Positions 29,051 through 40,068 of a DNA stretch of 44,482 nt are shown here, piece by piece. The position numbers were made by a program, and so were the translations under genes. The notes below the pieces were generated by a model that had not been told where the DNA came from, did not search any database, and worked only from the letters and a program-made list of their open reading frames with translations. The stretch is from Spirochaetaceae bacterium. GTDB lineage: Bacteria; Spirochaetota; Spirochaetia; PWKH01. Where the stretch lies: the NCBI GenBank assembly GCA_003559765.1, contig PWKH01000061.1:1-44482 (forward strand). The letters are read 5' to 3'. Position 1 is the stretch's first letter. Every line of letters begins with the position of its first letter.

Positions 29051-31564
29051 TTAAAAGAGGCTGTAATCAATGGCAAATACTAACTGGAACTCATTAAAGA
29101 TATTCTGGGAAACCTCATCAGGATTCCAGTTGATGCTGCCGTCATCATCAAAATTGTAGGCCTTGGTGAAAAACAGTCCCAGGGGCAGCCCCTGGATGCC
29201 CAGCTTCAGTCCGGCCCCGGATGAGAAGCGGAAGTTCTCAAGGGCAAGAGCATCTCCCATGGTTGAAAACCCTTCTCCTCTATTCTCTTCATCCGGTTTA
29301 TGTCCCCAGGTGGCCGACGTATAGACCTCTGCGTTGAGGACATTTCGCACCAGGGGAACGGTCAGCTTCAGCTGATTGTCCCAGAGCACCTCAAGATCCC
29401 TGGTGAAGGGCCATCCTCTGGCGGTGTTCATCCCGTCCATGAACAGCAGATGCTGCCGGAGGGCAAAATCCTCCTTGTCCCGTTGGGGAAACATGAAGGA
29501 GAAGGATGATTCAGCGGACAGCACTCCCAGGAGATTGTCCCGGTCGGTCCGGGGGATATCAAAAAGGGTCAGGTGCCCTTCAGCCTTCGACTGATTCTTG
29601 ATGAAGTTTGTCGCCCGGGGATCTCCCATGAAGGAGAAGGGATCATTCATCACTCCGCCTGAGACGGTGAATCGGTTATGCAGTCTGAATCCGCTGGTGG
29701 GATTATGGACAAAGTCCCGGTTGTCCCAGGTGGTCGTCAGGTAGACGGAATTGTTGTAGAGCCACTGCTCGTGGTTGTTTCTGATGTCCTCTTCATAGGG
29801 CCGGTACTTGTCGGCATCATAGAAGACGTTGGACCAGGTAAAGTTATAGCCTCCGCCGACGTTGAACCTGCCGATGTCGGTATGGAAGGTGTAGCCGGAA
29901 GAGAGCCCCAGCCCGATCTCATATTCCAGGTAGTCCATCAGATACTGATCGTCAATAGCCGATTCTCCCCCGGCGGAACGGTAGTCTTCATAGGATCCAA
30001 AAGGAATAGGCACTCCGTCCTCATCAGCCTGAAGCTGATCCCTCCGGTGAATCCGGTCCAGGCTGAGGTTGATTCCCCCGCTCCATCTGCGGTCAAAAAG
30101 CCAGTGCTCAAGGTAGGAAAAATCGATGCTCTGACGCTCGGGAGATCCCTCAAGAGAAATGGAGAAATCCGATCCGGTGCCGAAGAAGTTCCGGTCGTTC
30201 CAGGAGAGAAATCCCGATACGGGAAACTCCCTGCCTCCGCCGAAGGTGGCGCCGAAGCGCAGATCAATGCGGTTAGCCTCTTCAACCATGACGTCAAGAC
30301 CGATGAGCCCCTCTTCACTGCCGTAGCGCGGCTCCACATCGACCATATCGAACAGACCGGTATTGTAGAGGTTCCGCATGCTGGTAATCATCTCAGCTCT
30401 GCTGAAGACCTCCCCGGGCTGGAGGGTGATTTCCCGTTCAATAACATGGTCCCGGGTCCGTTCGTTGCCGATGACCTGGATGTCCTCGACGAAGGCCTGC
30501 CCGCGCTCGGTAACCTGCACCTCAAAGGAGATGGTGTTGTCCGCCGCATCCCGTATTTCCCGGGGCTCCACATCATTATAGATATAGCCCTGATCGTAGT
30601 AGACCTCTGCAATGCTGGAAATATCCTGCTGAAGCCGTGGAATATTCAGCGTGTCCCCTTCCCGAAGCCGGACATTCTGCTTAAGCTGCTCCTCGGTGAA
30701 AAGCGTATTTCCGGTAATGGATATCCCGCCGAAACTCCACAGCGGCCCCTCCACTATTTCAAACGTAAGGGTGAGATCAATCCGGTCACGATCGGTTTCG
30801 GTCCGTTCGATATGCACGTCAGTAACCTCGATGTCGACGTAGCCGCGCTCCTGGTAGAACTCCTTGATTGCCTCCTTGTCCTCCTCCAGCCGGGAATGCA
30901 CGAAGATGCCCCGCTGAAACAGCGACTGCTCCTTTGAGACGATCTGTCGCCGCAGGGTGGAATCGGAATAGTTTGTGTTGCCGGAAAAGGTGATCGAGTC
31001 GATCCGAGACTGCTGTCCTTCACTAACATCATAGCGGATCGCCACGGTATTGGCCTCCTCATCCAGTTCATATTCCTGGGAGATCTCTGCATCGGCATAT
31101 CCCCGTTCAAGATACTTCTGCTCGATCATCTGGGGATCGTTGCGGAACCGTGATCGTACAAAAAAGCTCCCCTGGGTGACAGATACCGTATCACGGATTT
31201 CCTGGCTGCTGAGTTCATTATTGCCGGTAATCGTCAATGAGGTAACCAGAGGCTCCTCAACCATGTCGAAGACCAGAATGACATGGTCGTCACTGATCTG
31301 GGAACGTCTGGCGGCAGCGGTGAAATGGCTGAAAAAATCAAGATCGTAGAGATCGTTCTGGATGTTCCGGAAGGACTGCTCGGTCAGTGCTTCTCCCTGA
31401 TATTTCTCAATGATATGTTCGAGCTGCTGCGGTTCAACTTGCCTGAGTCCTTCAAATTCAATGGTTTCAATTTCATTGCCCATCCACCAGGGTTCCTGGG
31501 CGGCAAGAGAGGCGGTAACAGTAAGCATCATCACCAGTAGTAGCAGAATTTTTCTCATATGCAT
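29051..31564 (-). CDS. bamA: Outer membrane protein assembly factor BamA
   Basis: Signal peptide, repeated POTRA motifs (ITGNNELS...YLERGY; FSGNTNYS...YQERGY; IGNERTRDHVIERE) and a beta-barrel ending in F. Confidence 0.95.
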   Translation of the reverse strand: MHMRKILLLLVMMLTVTASLAAQEPWWMGNEIETIEFEGLRQVEPQQLEHIIEKYQGEALTEQSFRNIQNDLYDLDFFSHFTAAARRSQISDDHVILVFDMVEEPLVTSLTITGNNELSSQEIRDTVSVTQGSFFVRSRFRNDPQMIEQKYLERGYADAEISQEYELDEEANTVAIRYDVSEGQQSRIDSITFSGNTNYSDSTLRRQIVSKEQSLFQRGIFVHSRLEEDKEAIKEFYQERGYVDIEVTDVHIERTETDRDRIDLTLTFEIVEGPLWSFGGISITGNTLFTEEQLKQNVRLREGDTLNIPRLQQDISSIAEVYYDQGYIYNDVEPREIRDAADNTISFEVQVTERGQAFVEDIQVIGNERTRDHVIEREITLQPGEVFSRAEMITSMRNLYNTGLFDMVDVEPRYGSEEGLIGLDVMVEEANRIDLRFGATFGGGREFPVSGFLSWNDRNFFGTGSDFSISLEGSPERQSIDFSYLEHWLFDRRWSGGINLSLDRIHRRDQLQADEDGVPIPFGSYEDYRSAGGESAIDDQYLMDYLEYEIGLGLSSGYTFHTDIGRFNVGGGYNFTWSNVFYDADKYRPYEEDIRNNHEQWLYNNSVYLTTTWDNRDFVHNPTSGFRLHNRFTVSGGVMNDPFSFMGDPRATNFIKNQSKAEGHLTLFDIPRTDRDNLLGVLSAESSFSFMFPQRDKEDFALRQHLLFMDGMNTARGWPFTRDLEVLWDNQLKLTVPLVRNVLNAEVYTSATWGHKPDEENRGEGFSTMGDALALENFRFSSGAGLKLGIQGLPLGLFFTKAYNFDDDGSINWNPDEVSQNIFNEFQLVFAIDYSLF

Positions 31565-31575
31565 TCACATTCCTT

Positions 31576-34500
31576 TTAAAAAGAGTATCTCCAAGATAAT
31601 CCTACGGAAAAATCAGAAAAAATTTCAGGAAAACTCAGCTGCGGCTGGGTAGAAATGGTCAGGTCATACAGCGGAGTTTCCCATTCAAAACTGAATTCCA
31701 TATCCATCTGTAAATCATCAGTAAAAAACAGCCCGGCATCGCCGGCGGTATTTTCCGACAATACTAACATTGTTTGAAAAAACATGGAATCACCAAGATA
31801 CTTTCCGAGAAACATCGTGGTATTATCCAGATACGATGCAATCGGATGAGCGGCAGTCCGGTGATCCGTCAGGTTAGCCAGCATGATGTTGTGCACCAGC
31901 TGGGTTCGTAGAGAAAACACATCCAGACCCAAAGCGTTACGGATTCCCCGCTCAATATCAGCGTTAAATGTCAGCTGTTCAATCAGCCCGAACTGATAGA
32001 TAATATCCGTAGCCAGCGAGGCAATGGCAAACGCCGGCGAAAGAGCTCCCCTTCCCCCGGGCTGCTCCGAGATGAACAGGCTTTCTCCGAGGATCTCGGC
32101 AATCTCGTTAATCGGAAGCGGCGGGTTGGATTCAAACCGCGGATTAAGATCACTGAGCCGCTGATTGTCGGCCACCAGATAGATGTCAACCCGGTTTGCC
32201 TGACGGTCGTATTCCCGGATCCGAGCTCGGACGCTGATCAACGGATCCACCTGGTCCTCCGTTTCTGCGAGTCTGATGCTTCCTTCGGTGATGTAGAAAT
32301 TCCGACGAACATAGTAGATCTCTCCGCTGCGCAGGTCGATATTGCCCGCAATCAGGAAAGTGTTGTTCACCGTATGAAATTCGATGTGCACGCTCTGCTG
32401 GGGTTCTGCATTGGCGGTAAGGATGGGGAATTCCATAGTGGGCAGCCGGAACTGCACCGATCTTCCCGTAGTAATCTGCAGATCTCCGGTAACCAGCAGG
32501 ATTTCGTCGGGAGGCACATATTCATCGGTAATCATGCTCACCACTGCATCGTCAACAAAAAGATCCCCTTCAATGTGCGTTCCGGTGGTGTCGATTTCCA
32601 GGGTCATCCAGCCGCTGACCTGGGCGTCGTAGGTCAGCATCGGCTGAGGAAAGGTATAGGACGAGGGGATCGACCGTCCCTGGGGCACTTCAAAGCGCAT
32701 ATCGAAATACTGGGGGATCCAGCGCTCAACATAGAAGTCCATTTTGGTCCTCACCGGAACGCCGTCCACCATGGTGTTGAACTTGGTAAAGTTCATCTCC
32801 TTACCGTGAACAGTCATGGAGACATTATTCGCCCTCAGGGTATCGGGTATGTAGTTCAGATCAACCTTCAGCTCATCGGTGTTCAGCTCTCCGTAGAAAT
32901 CGGGATCCTGGACATTTCCGGTGACCATCATGTATCCGGCGGCGATTCCGGAGACAAATTCAAGCTCGGGAATGCCGATGAGATTGAGAAAGGTAACATC
33001 AAACAGCAGGTTCCGGGCATTGAAGGTGAACATCCCGTCCCCTTCCCAGGATCCGTCAGAGTCGAACTGAAGCGGAAGGTCTTCCCCGAGGGTCATTTCG
33101 AATTCTCTACGCTGGTTGTCGATGTACATGGTGAACCGCTCCTCCCGGTCGCTTTCGGTGATAAATACTTCCCGGTCGATGACCTCGATGTGCAGATCCA
33201 TCTGTTCGGACAACAGCACATTGGAGAATCCGAAATCCAGCAGCTCCACATCAAATTCACTATGGTTCAGCAGCCCCGAGACATCAGCAAGCTGCCGCAG
33301 CTGTTCTATCCTGGGAAGCTCCGAGCGGGCGTTCACCCGGGTTGAGAAGTCGGTATATCCGGCGTCGAATACTAAATCAAGTGACAGATCCAAGGAGCCG
33401 TCGAGAAAGTCGTACTCCGCGGAAATTTCATCGAAGGTAATGTTCTCCATAGTAAAGGAGCTGTCCGTGACAGTGAGTCCGCTGTTGTCGAGGATGGCGG
33501 AAAGATTCCCGGTGTAGTAGTTGTCCCGGTAGACCAGATTAGGAAAAAACAGATCGATATCAAAGTTGAAATTACCGGGCACACCGTAGAAAACCAGGCT
33601 TCCCTCCATTTCCCCCCGGGATGAGAGGAAGGGGTACCGTTCCAGATCTCCCGATGAAATCTGCACCGAACCGTGATAGAATCCGTCATAATTGGTGAAG
33701 CTGACCGCATAGGACTCATCATCTTCAACGAACTCCAGGGAGCCGCTTCTGATCACCTGCTGAGCGATATCGAAAAAGACTGAACCGGATGCAGTGAGTT
33801 CTCCAAACTCGTCCTCATAGGTCAGTCCGACAATATTTGCAAAATCGGGGGTGATGTTCGCCTTGAGGGTCAGGTCGAAGGAATGGCCTTCAAGGGTAAT
33901 TCCGTGAGCCTGAAGCCGGTTGATGGAAATCCGGTAATCATCAAGTGAGGTGCCGGTTCCCACGATATGACCGCTGAAGGGCACCCGGGAGAGCTGCTCC
34001 TGCTCGACCGGCAGGGGAAGCATATCCCATCTGAGAAAGAAATTCATCTGTTCCTGGGAAAAATCCAGGGAGCCGATGATATCAGCACCCTCAGCAGTGC
34101 GCAGGTACTGACTGAAGGGCTCGAACACCAGCGGGATATCATAGGATATCCCGTATGCCTGAACGGACGTTTCTATCCCGACGAACTCAAGATTTGCATA
34201 AAAGACTTCCGCCTGCAGATCAAACTGCTGATGCTCAAAGGAAGCAAGCAGGGACCTGTCTCCGGTTCCTTCCAGGGTTATTGAGATATCCTCATCATAT
34301 AAGGATTCAGGGGGACGTATATCCAAGGAGCCCGTCGGTGCAAGATGCTCCATACTGAACCGGCCTGAAAACCGAAGGGGGATATCATGGATGCGGCCCT
34401 GCAGGGTATCGAAAGCAATCTCCTGCAGGTCCCCGGAAAAGGTGCTCTGCAGGTAGCTGACGGTAAGCTCGTCATAGGTGTATTCAGGCAGTCTGACGCT

Positions 34501-35463
34501 GCCGCTGTAGGCAATCTGCTCAAGGGTCTGATCCTCCGAGAGCCTGCCGTCCACGGTAACAGAAAAATTGAGCTCCTCGATGTCTTTCACCCGGTCGATG
34601 ATTTCATGTTCATAGTATACCGGCCAGTCTTCCCCGGGAGTAAACTCATCCGATGATGCGGTAAGCTGAAACGTCCCCGGACCGAGGGCGTAATTCAGCA
34701 GCAGAGACACCTGGGGCGTATGCAGGGATGTATAGAGCTGATCATCCTCAAGAATCATCAGCAGCGGGATGTTTTCAACAGAACCATAATCAGGCAGATC
34801 AGCAGCTAGATCATTGATCTGCACCGATGCGCTGTCACGGCTCCAGGAGAACCGGGATTCGTCTGCAGCACTGATGCTTCCGTCTACCGGACCGGAAACT
34901 GAAGCACTGAACCCTGAGAATGCTCCTGACAGGAATGCAGGATCCGCTCCGTAGTGAAGATGAAACGAATCAAAAGAGCTGACCGCAGAATAGTCCTGGT
35001 ATTTCAGCCGGGTCTGAGCATCCTCTAGTCGAAAATGCACGCTGGTGAGGGGAAACTTGCTCTCTGCAGATTGATCTGTCAGAGCCTGAAGCTGAGGAAG
35101 CAGGCGGTCAAGATCAGCGGATGAACTGACGCCGGAAATATGTACATCCAGGGATGAAACGCTTCTTGTCTCCAGCAGCTCCCGGAACGGATAGGTGATC
35201 ACAGCCCGTTCTGCACGAAGGCTCGCCCCATGCCCCTGATAGCTCACATTCCGGATATCGATCCGATTTACGAGTCTCGGTGAGAGTGATTCATAGCTGA
35301 TATATCCTTCCAGAAGAGCCTCAACAGGTTTCAGCAGATCTCCGAGCATCGGTTCCAGCCGGGAGGCTGCGAAGCTTCTAACCGGATAGACGAATGCCAG
35401 TGACGAGACGGCAATGCAGAGAGCTATTAGTGATTGAATAAACACCCTTCTTCCGGTTATCAT
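31576..35463 (-). CDS. tamB: TamB-like translocation/assembly module protein (DUF490-type C-terminus)
   Basis: N-terminal anchor helix, long beta-strand-rich body, C-terminal LDNTTMFLGKYLGDSMF...VGLSWRYSF, immediately upstream of bamA. Start moved to ATG 35463. Confidence 0.82.
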   Translation of the reverse strand: MITGRRVFIQSLIALCIAVSSLAFVYPVRSFAASRLEPMLGDLLKPVEALLEGYISYESLSPRLVNRIDIRNVSYQGHGASLRAERAVITYPFRELLETRSVSSLDVHISGVSSSADLDRLLPQLQALTDQSAESKFPLTSVHFRLEDAQTRLKYQDYSAVSSFDSFHLHYGADPAFLSGAFSGFSASVSGPVDGSISAADESRFSWSRDSASVQINDLAADLPDYGSVENIPLLMILEDDQLYTSLHTPQVSLLLNYALGPGTFQLTASSDEFTPGEDWPVYYEHEIIDRVKDIEELNFSVTVDGRLSEDQTLEQIAYSGSVRLPEYTYDELTVSYLQSTFSGDLQEIAFDTLQGRIHDIPLRFSGRFSMEHLAPTGSLDIRPPESLYDEDISITLEGTGDRSLLASFEHQQFDLQAEVFYANLEFVGIETSVQAYGISYDIPLVFEPFSQYLRTAEGADIIGSLDFSQEQMNFFLRWDMLPLPVEQEQLSRVPFSGHIVGTGTSLDDYRISINRLQAHGITLEGHSFDLTLKANITPDFANIVGLTYEDEFGELTASGSVFFDIAQQVIRSGSLEFVEDDESYAVSFTNYDGFYHGSVQISSGDLERYPFLSSRGEMEGSLVFYGVPGNFNFDIDLFFPNLVYRDNYYTGNLSAILDNSGLTVTDSSFTMENITFDEISAEYDFLDGSLDLSLDLVFDAGYTDFSTRVNARSELPRIEQLRQLADVSGLLNHSEFDVELLDFGFSNVLLSEQMDLHIEVIDREVFITESDREERFTMYIDNQRREFEMTLGEDLPLQFDSDGSWEGDGMFTFNARNLLFDVTFLNLIGIPELEFVSGIAAGYMMVTGNVQDPDFYGELNTDELKVDLNYIPDTLRANNVSMTVHGKEMNFTKFNTMVDGVPVRTKMDFYVERWIPQYFDMRFEVPQGRSIPSSYTFPQPMLTYDAQVSGWMTLEIDTTGTHIEGDLFVDDAVVSMITDEYVPPDEILLVTGDLQITTGRSVQFRLPTMEFPILTANAEPQQSVHIEFHTVNNTFLIAGNIDLRSGEIYYVRRNFYITEGSIRLAETEDQVDPLISVRARIREYDRQANRVDIYLVADNQRLSDLNPRFESNPPLPINEIAEILGESLFISEQPGGRGALSPAFAIASLATDIIYQFGLIEQLTFNADIERGIRNALGLDVFSLRTQLVHNIMLANLTDHRTAAHPIASYLDNTTMFLGKYLGDSMFFQTMLVLSENTAGDAGLFFTDDLQMDMEFSFEWETPLYDLTISTQPQLSFPEIFSDFSVGLSWRYSF

Positions 35464-35472
35464 AGTGTCTAG

Positions 35473-35501
35473 AATGTACTGAATAACACCGCAATACACA
35501 A
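35473..35501 (-). promoter_or_regulatory. Putative sigma70 promoter for tamB-bamA-mutS
   Basis: TTGTGT (35501-35496), 17 nt, TACATT (35478-35473), 9 nt, then ATG. No SD. Confidence 0.4.
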
Positions 35502-35513
35502 TGCGAGGGAAAG

Positions 35514-36140
35514 GTGAATACAAAAAACTATTTCGTGCTGGAAGGTCTTGACGGCTCCGGCACCACAACTCAATGCGCGATGCTGGCCGAACGGCTTAAT
35601 GCCTGCGGCATCGATGCTGCACAGACCTTTGAGCCTACCGATTCTCCCATTGGTGCGGTGATCCGTTCCATTCTCTGCGGCTCCTATCCTGCTCATCCCG
35701 CTACCCTGGCATACCTGTTTGCTGCAGACAGGCATAATCATCTCTTCCATCCTGAGTCAGGCATTCACACCATGCTTGAAGCAGGTACATGCGTAGTTCA
35801 GGACCGATATGTTTTCTCCTCCCTAGCCTATCAGTCAGTCCAGTGCGGGTATGATCTTGTCTCTACATTAAATAACAACTTTCCCCTGCCTGAGATTACG
35901 TTTTTTCTCGATATTCCTGTGGAAGTTTGCCTCAATCGGCTTGAACAGCGGAAGGGAACCAGGGAAATATTTGAAAAACAGGCATTCCTCCAGCAGGTAC
36001 GCTCCTCCTATCAGGCAGTGTTCAGCTCATTTGCTGATACAGCAGAAATTATTACTGTTGATGCCGCTTTGTCAAGGGAAGCTGTCCATGAGCAGATCTG
36101 GGCCGTCATCGTTCAGAGAATGAGCATTCCGTCTCCGTAG
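35514..36140 (+). CDS. tmk: Thymidylate kinase
   Basis: VLEGLDGSGTTTQ, EP, LFAADR and DRYVFSSLAYQ. GTG start after GAGGG. Confidence 0.96.
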   Translation: MNTKNYFVLEGLDGSGTTTQCAMLAERLNACGIDAAQTFEPTDSPIGAVIRSILCGSYPAHPATLAYLFAADRHNHLFHPESGIHTMLEAGTCVVQDRYVFSSLAYQSVQCGYDLVSTLNNNFPLPEITFFLDIPVEVCLNRLEQRKGTREIFEKQAFLQQVRSSYQAVFSSFADTAEIITVDAALSREAVHEQIWAVIVQRMSIPSP

Positions 36141-37141
36141 GAGAAAAACCGGTACCCTTGAGCCTGCGCCTCCCGGTATGCACGGAGAATGAACTCCCTG
36201 CCGGCAAAGGCTGCTGTGAGCACCAGCAGGGTGGATTCGGGGGTATGAAAATTGGTAAACAGATGATCCACCGCCCTGAACTGGTATCCCGGGGTGATAT
36301 AAAGACCGGTTGAATCTGTTCCCGCTTTGAAAAAACCCTCGGCGCAGGCTGATTCCAGCGTCCGCATCGAAGTCGTCCCTACTGCAAGAATCGGAATGTT
36401 CTGATCCTTCGCCCGGTTGAGCTTTCCAGCTGTGCCCTCCGGGACGGTATAGATCTCCCGGTGCATGGTGTGGGATTCGATCTCATCAGTTCGAATCGGG
36501 ATGAACGTGCCCACTCCTACATGCAGGGTAATCTCTTCGATCCCTATCCCCCGCTCCAGCAGCTCCTGCTCAATCTCAGCAGTCATATGCAGTCCTGCGG
36601 TGGGAGCGGCAACAGATCCGGTTTCCTTGGCGTAGATGGTCTGGTAGCGCTGCTCATCCATCTGCTCGTCATCCCGCTTCATATAGGGAGGAAGGGGGAC
36701 ATGCCCGTGTTCCAGGAAATACTCCTCCCCGACGGGAATATCGGTGCGAATCGTTTTCAGCACCGAACCGTCACAGATCCGCTGGGAGACAATCTCTGCC
36801 CCTATTCCGCCGGGAAGCTCATACCGGTCCCCCGGCCGCTGGCTTTTTGCCCTGCCTGCCATCACCTCCCAGGTGTCATCACCTGTCGGTGAGATAAACA
36901 GGAACTCAATCACCCGTCCGTCCCTCTTTCTGCCGTACACCCGGGCTTTTCTGACCCGTGAATTGTTGCGGACCATGATCATCGGGGCATTCAGGTAGTT
37001 CGACAGGTTCCGGGTAGAGTCATGGATGATCTCACCGGTCTCCCTGCACAGCACCATCATTCTGCTGCCGCTTCGCTTCTGTGACGGATACTGGGCTATC
37101 TGCTCCGGCGGCAGGTCAAAAGAGAAGTCCCTGGTCTTCAT
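36113..37141 (-). CDS. queA: S-adenosylmethionine:tRNA ribosyltransferase-isomerase
   Basis: [41 protein letters not shown] and [11 protein letters not shown]. Confidence 0.97.
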   Translation of the reverse strand: MKTRDFSFDLPPEQIAQYPSQKRSGSRMMVLCRETGEIIHDSTRNLSNYLNAPMIMVRNNSRVRKARVYGRKRDGRVIEFLFISPTGDDTWEVMAGRAKSQRPGDRYELPGGIGAEIVSQRICDGSVLKTIRTDIPVGEEYFLEHGHVPLPPYMKRDDEQMDEQRYQTIYAKETGSVAAPTAGLHMTAEIEQELLERGIGIEEITLHVGVGTFIPIRTDEIESHTMHREIYTVPEGTAGKLNRAKDQNIPILAVGTTSMRTLESACAEGFFKAGTDSTGLYITPGYQFRAVDHLFTNFHTPESTLLVLTAAFAGREFILRAYREAQAQGYRFFSYGDGMLIL

Positions 37142-38153
37142 GGTCCTCCCGTGGGTCGATGTTGAATAACTGATAGGCCTTCCGGGTAACCGTTCTCCCC
37201 CGGGGAGTTCGCTTGAGAAATCCCTGCTGGATCATGTAGGGTTCATAAAAGTCCTCGAGAGATTCGATCGCCTCTCCTACGGATATCGCCAGGGTCTCAG
37301 CACCGACCGGCCCCCCGTCAAAGGTGTGGATAATCGCCGAGAGAATTCTCCGGTCCTGCTCCTCAAGTCCGTTCTGATCAATTTTCAGTTTCTTCAGCCC
37401 GTCGAGGACTACCGATTCGGTAATCACACCGTCTGCGAGAATCTGCGCATAATCCCTGAGTCTGCGGAGCAGCCGGTTTGCCACCCGCGGAGTCCCCCGG
37501 GAGCACCGCGAAAGCATGGTAACGGCTTCGGGGGTAATCTGAGTATCAAGAATGATTGAAGATCGCCTGAGCACATGGGTCAGCTCCTCCGGCGAATAGA
37601 ATCCGATGCGGAAATTGATCCCGAACCGGGTATGCAGCGGTGCGGCAACCTGTCCGGTCTTTGTGGTCGCTCCGATGAGGGTGAAATTAGGAAGAGGGAT
37701 GCGCACCGTCCGTGCCGTCGGTCCCTGGCCGATGATCCAGTCAAGCTCAAAATCCTCCATGGCGATATAGAGAATCTCCTCAAGGGCAGGTTTGAGCCGG
37801 TGGACCTCGTCAATAAAGAGGATACTCCCCTCCTGCAGCGTGGTGAGAATACCTGCCAGATCTTTTGTCTTCTCAAGCGCTGGGGCGGAAGTAGCCTTCA
37901 GCTCCCCTCCCATTTCATGGGCGATGATCGAGGCAATGGTGGTCTTTCCCAGCCCCGGCGGACCTGCAATGAAGACATGGTCCAGGGGCTCCTCCCGCTG
38001 CAGGGCGGCGTCCATGAATATCTGCAGGTTTTCCTTCAGATCCTTCTGTCCCTGAAAATCCTTTAAAAGCTTCGGTCTGAGCAAATGTTCGTTCGCCGCT
38101 TCACCGGTCAGCTGCGTCTCGGTTATCACTGATTCATCATCCATGGACTGCAT
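37116..38153 (-). CDS. ruvB: Holliday junction branch migration helicase RuvB
   Basis: [39 protein letters not shown] and RTPRGR. Confidence 0.98.
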   Translation of the reverse strand: MQSMDDESVITETQLTGEAANEHLLRPKLLKDFQGQKDLKENLQIFMDAALQREEPLDHVFIAGPPGLGKTTIASIIAHEMGGELKATSAPALEKTKDLAGILTTLQEGSILFIDEVHRLKPALEEILYIAMEDFELDWIIGQGPTARTVRIPLPNFTLIGATTKTGQVAAPLHTRFGINFRIGFYSPEELTHVLRRSSIILDTQITPEAVTMLSRCSRGTPRVANRLLRRLRDYAQILADGVITESVVLDGLKKLKIDQNGLEEQDRRILSAIIHTFDGGPVGAETLAISVGEAIESLEDFYEPYMIQQGFLKRTPRGRTVTRKAYQLFNIDPREDHEDQGLLF

Positions 38154-38162
38154 CCGCTCCTC

Positions 38163-38750
38163 TTAACTCATCAGCCTGATGGCTTCTTTCATCAGATACG
38201 CTTCCCGTTCGGCCTCCTCTATTCCGGAGAGTGCGTCCCGGGAGGAGATTTCCTGGAGCGCCCTTTTGATCTGCTGGCGCTCATATCCCATTTGAATCAA
38301 AGCTTCGGTGATATCTGCATGCTGGTCAGATCCCTCCCGCTCTTCGAGTTCCACCAAATTTCCCTTGAGCGCCAGAATAACCTTCTGGGCGGTTTTTTTA
38401 CCCATCCCCGGCACTTTGGAGAGGGTGGCCACGTCATCCTGCTTAATGGCATTGACCAGCAGCTGCGGAGGCAGCCCGGAAAGAATACGCAGCCCCTGCT
38501 TGGGGCCGATGCCCGAGACGGATATCAGATCGAGAAAAAGCTGCCGCTCCAGCTGATCTGAAAAACCGGTGAGAAACATCTGATCCTCACGGTGATGCAG
38601 ATGGGTGTATACGGTGCAGGTGCTGCCTGAACCGGGCAGAGCCGACAGGGTGGCGTTGGAGCAGAGGATAGACCATTCAACGCTGCCGCAGGAAAGCAGC
38701 AGCATCCCCTCCTGCTTCCCGGTAATTCGTCCTGTCAGTGCATGTATCAT
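38163..38750 (-). CDS. ruvA: Holliday junction binding protein RuvA
   Basis: MIHALTG, HRED...GF and HhH motifs VSGIGPK and VPGMGKKTAQK. Start moved to ATG 38750, which overlaps the ruvC stop (ATGA). Confidence 0.95.
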   Translation of the reverse strand: MIHALTGRITGKQEGMLLLSCGSVEWSILCSNATLSALPGSGSTCTVYTHLHHREDQMFLTGFSDQLERQLFLDLISVSGIGPKQGLRILSGLPPQLLVNAIKQDDVATLSKVPGMGKKTAQKVILALKGNLVELEEREGSDQHADITEALIQMGYERQQIKRALQEISSRDALSGIEEAEREAYLMKEAIRLMS

Positions 38751-39238
38751 TTCGTCATCCCCCTGGTTCCCTGGACGGTGTGAATATGGCAGACCGCAGC
38801 GGCGAGGGCGTCGGACACATGATCGCTGATCTCTCCGCTTTTCAGACCCAGGATCATTGCCGTCATCCGGGCAACCTGATGCTTCTGGGCCTTCCCCATG
38901 CCGGTCAGGGCAAGCTTTATCTGCAGGGGAGTATAGCATGAAAAGGATATTTGCTGAAGACTGGTCAGATACAGCACTGAACCGATGACTTTCGCCACCG
39001 GAATCGCGCTGGATACATTTCGGAGAAAAAAAATGTCTTCGATACTTACCGATTTCGGCTGATACTGATCGATAATCCCCTTCAAAGCCTGGGTGATCAG
39101 CAGAATCCGCGCTTCAGTATTCTGATCGGTATTCGTGGTAACCGTACCATAGGACACCGGGTGCAGCCGTCCATGGGCGTGGTCGATGATACCCCATCCG
39201 GTGGAGGCGATCCCCGGGTCTATTCCCAGCACTCTCAT
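38747..39238 (-). CDS. ruvC: Crossover junction endodeoxyribonuclease RuvC
   Basis: VLGIDPG, IEDIFF, YTPLQIK..LTG.G.A.K and DHVSDALAAAVCH. Confidence 0.97.
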   Translation of the reverse strand: MRVLGIDPGIASTGWGIIDHAHGRLHPVSYGTVTTNTDQNTEARILLITQALKGIIDQYQPKSVSIEDIFFLRNVSSAIPVAKVIGSVLYLTSLQQISFSCYTPLQIKLALTGMGKAQKHQVARMTAMILGLKSGEISDHVSDALAAAVCHIHTVQGTRGMTK

Positions 39239-39250
39239 GTATTCAGTATA

Positions 39251-40003
39251 TCATGAGAGATCATCTTCAGGATTGAAATCATCGGGTATGTCAAGGTTCG
39301 TGGAAACCGACTGCACGTCGTCAAGATCGTCGATCCGCTCAATCAGCCGCAGGGCCTTGGCGGTCTTCTCGTTGTCCAGAGATATGGTTGCATCAGGGAT
39401 CCTGGACAGCTCTGCTGAACTTTCCTCATATCCCTCCTGCTGCAGTGTCTCAAGCACGTCATTGAATTCATCCGGTGCAGTAAGTACTTCAATCTGATCA
39501 CCTTCAGCAGACACGTCCTCCGCTCCGGCCTCAAGGGCAGCTTCAAGGATCTCATCCTCCGAGTAGCGCTCTGCCGGATAGGTAATCAGCCCTTTTCGCT
39601 GAAAAAGGTAGGAGACACAGCCGGTCTCACCCAGGTTTCCGCCGTTTTTCGTCAGGGTGCTTCTCACATCAGCGGCAGTACGGTTTTTGTTGTCCGTCAG
39701 CGTATCAATCAGGATGGCAACTCCCCCAGGTCCGTAGGCTTCATAGGTCAGCTCAACATATTCGACGCCGTCGAGGTCCCCGGTACCTTTCTTAATGGCC
39801 CGCTCTATATTGTCCTTGGGCATGTTTTCGGTTTTCGCCTTCAGCACTGCAGTGCGCAGGCGGGGATTCGCTTCAAGTTCTCCGCCGCCGAGCTTTGCGG
39901 CAACCGTGATTTCTTTGATAAGCTTCGTGAATATTTTCCCGCGTTTTGCATCCTGAGCGCCCTTTTTATGGCGGATAGTAGCCCATTTACTGTGTCCTGA
40001 CAT
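39251..40003 (-). CDS. yebC: YebC/PmpR-family protein
   Basis: [28 protein letters not shown] and TDNKNRT. Start moved to ATG 40003 after AGGAG. Confidence 0.97.
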   Translation of the reverse strand: MSGHSKWATIRHKKGAQDAKRGKIFTKLIKEITVAAKLGGGELEANPRLRTAVLKAKTENMPKDNIERAIKKGTGDLDGVEYVELTYEAYGPGGVAILIDTLTDNKNRTAADVRSTLTKNGGNLGETGCVSYLFQRKGLITYPAERYSEDEILEAALEAGAEDVSAEGDQIEVLTAPDEFNDVLETLQQEGYEESSAELSRIPDATISLDNEKTAKALRLIERIDDLDDVQSVSTNLDIPDDFNPEDDLS

Positions 40004-40038
40004 AGGTTCTCCTATTTTACGTTCTGATATGCAGATGA

Positions 40039-40068
40039 AAACTACCACAGTCTAAAAAACGGTGTCAA
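40039..40068 (-). promoter_or_regulatory. Putative internal promoter for yebC-ruvCAB-queA
   Basis: TTGACA (40068-40063), 18 nt, TAGTTT (40044-40039) with a TGn extension. Overlaps the hemW 3' end. Confidence 0.45.

Noticed and set aside
29678-30937. 419-aa plus-strand ORF antisense to bamA
   Set aside because: Shadow ORF explained by codon bias on the coding strand, with no independent evidence.
32374-33345. 323-aa plus-strand ORF antisense to tamB
   Set aside because: Shadow ORF fully inside a well-supported gene on the other strand.
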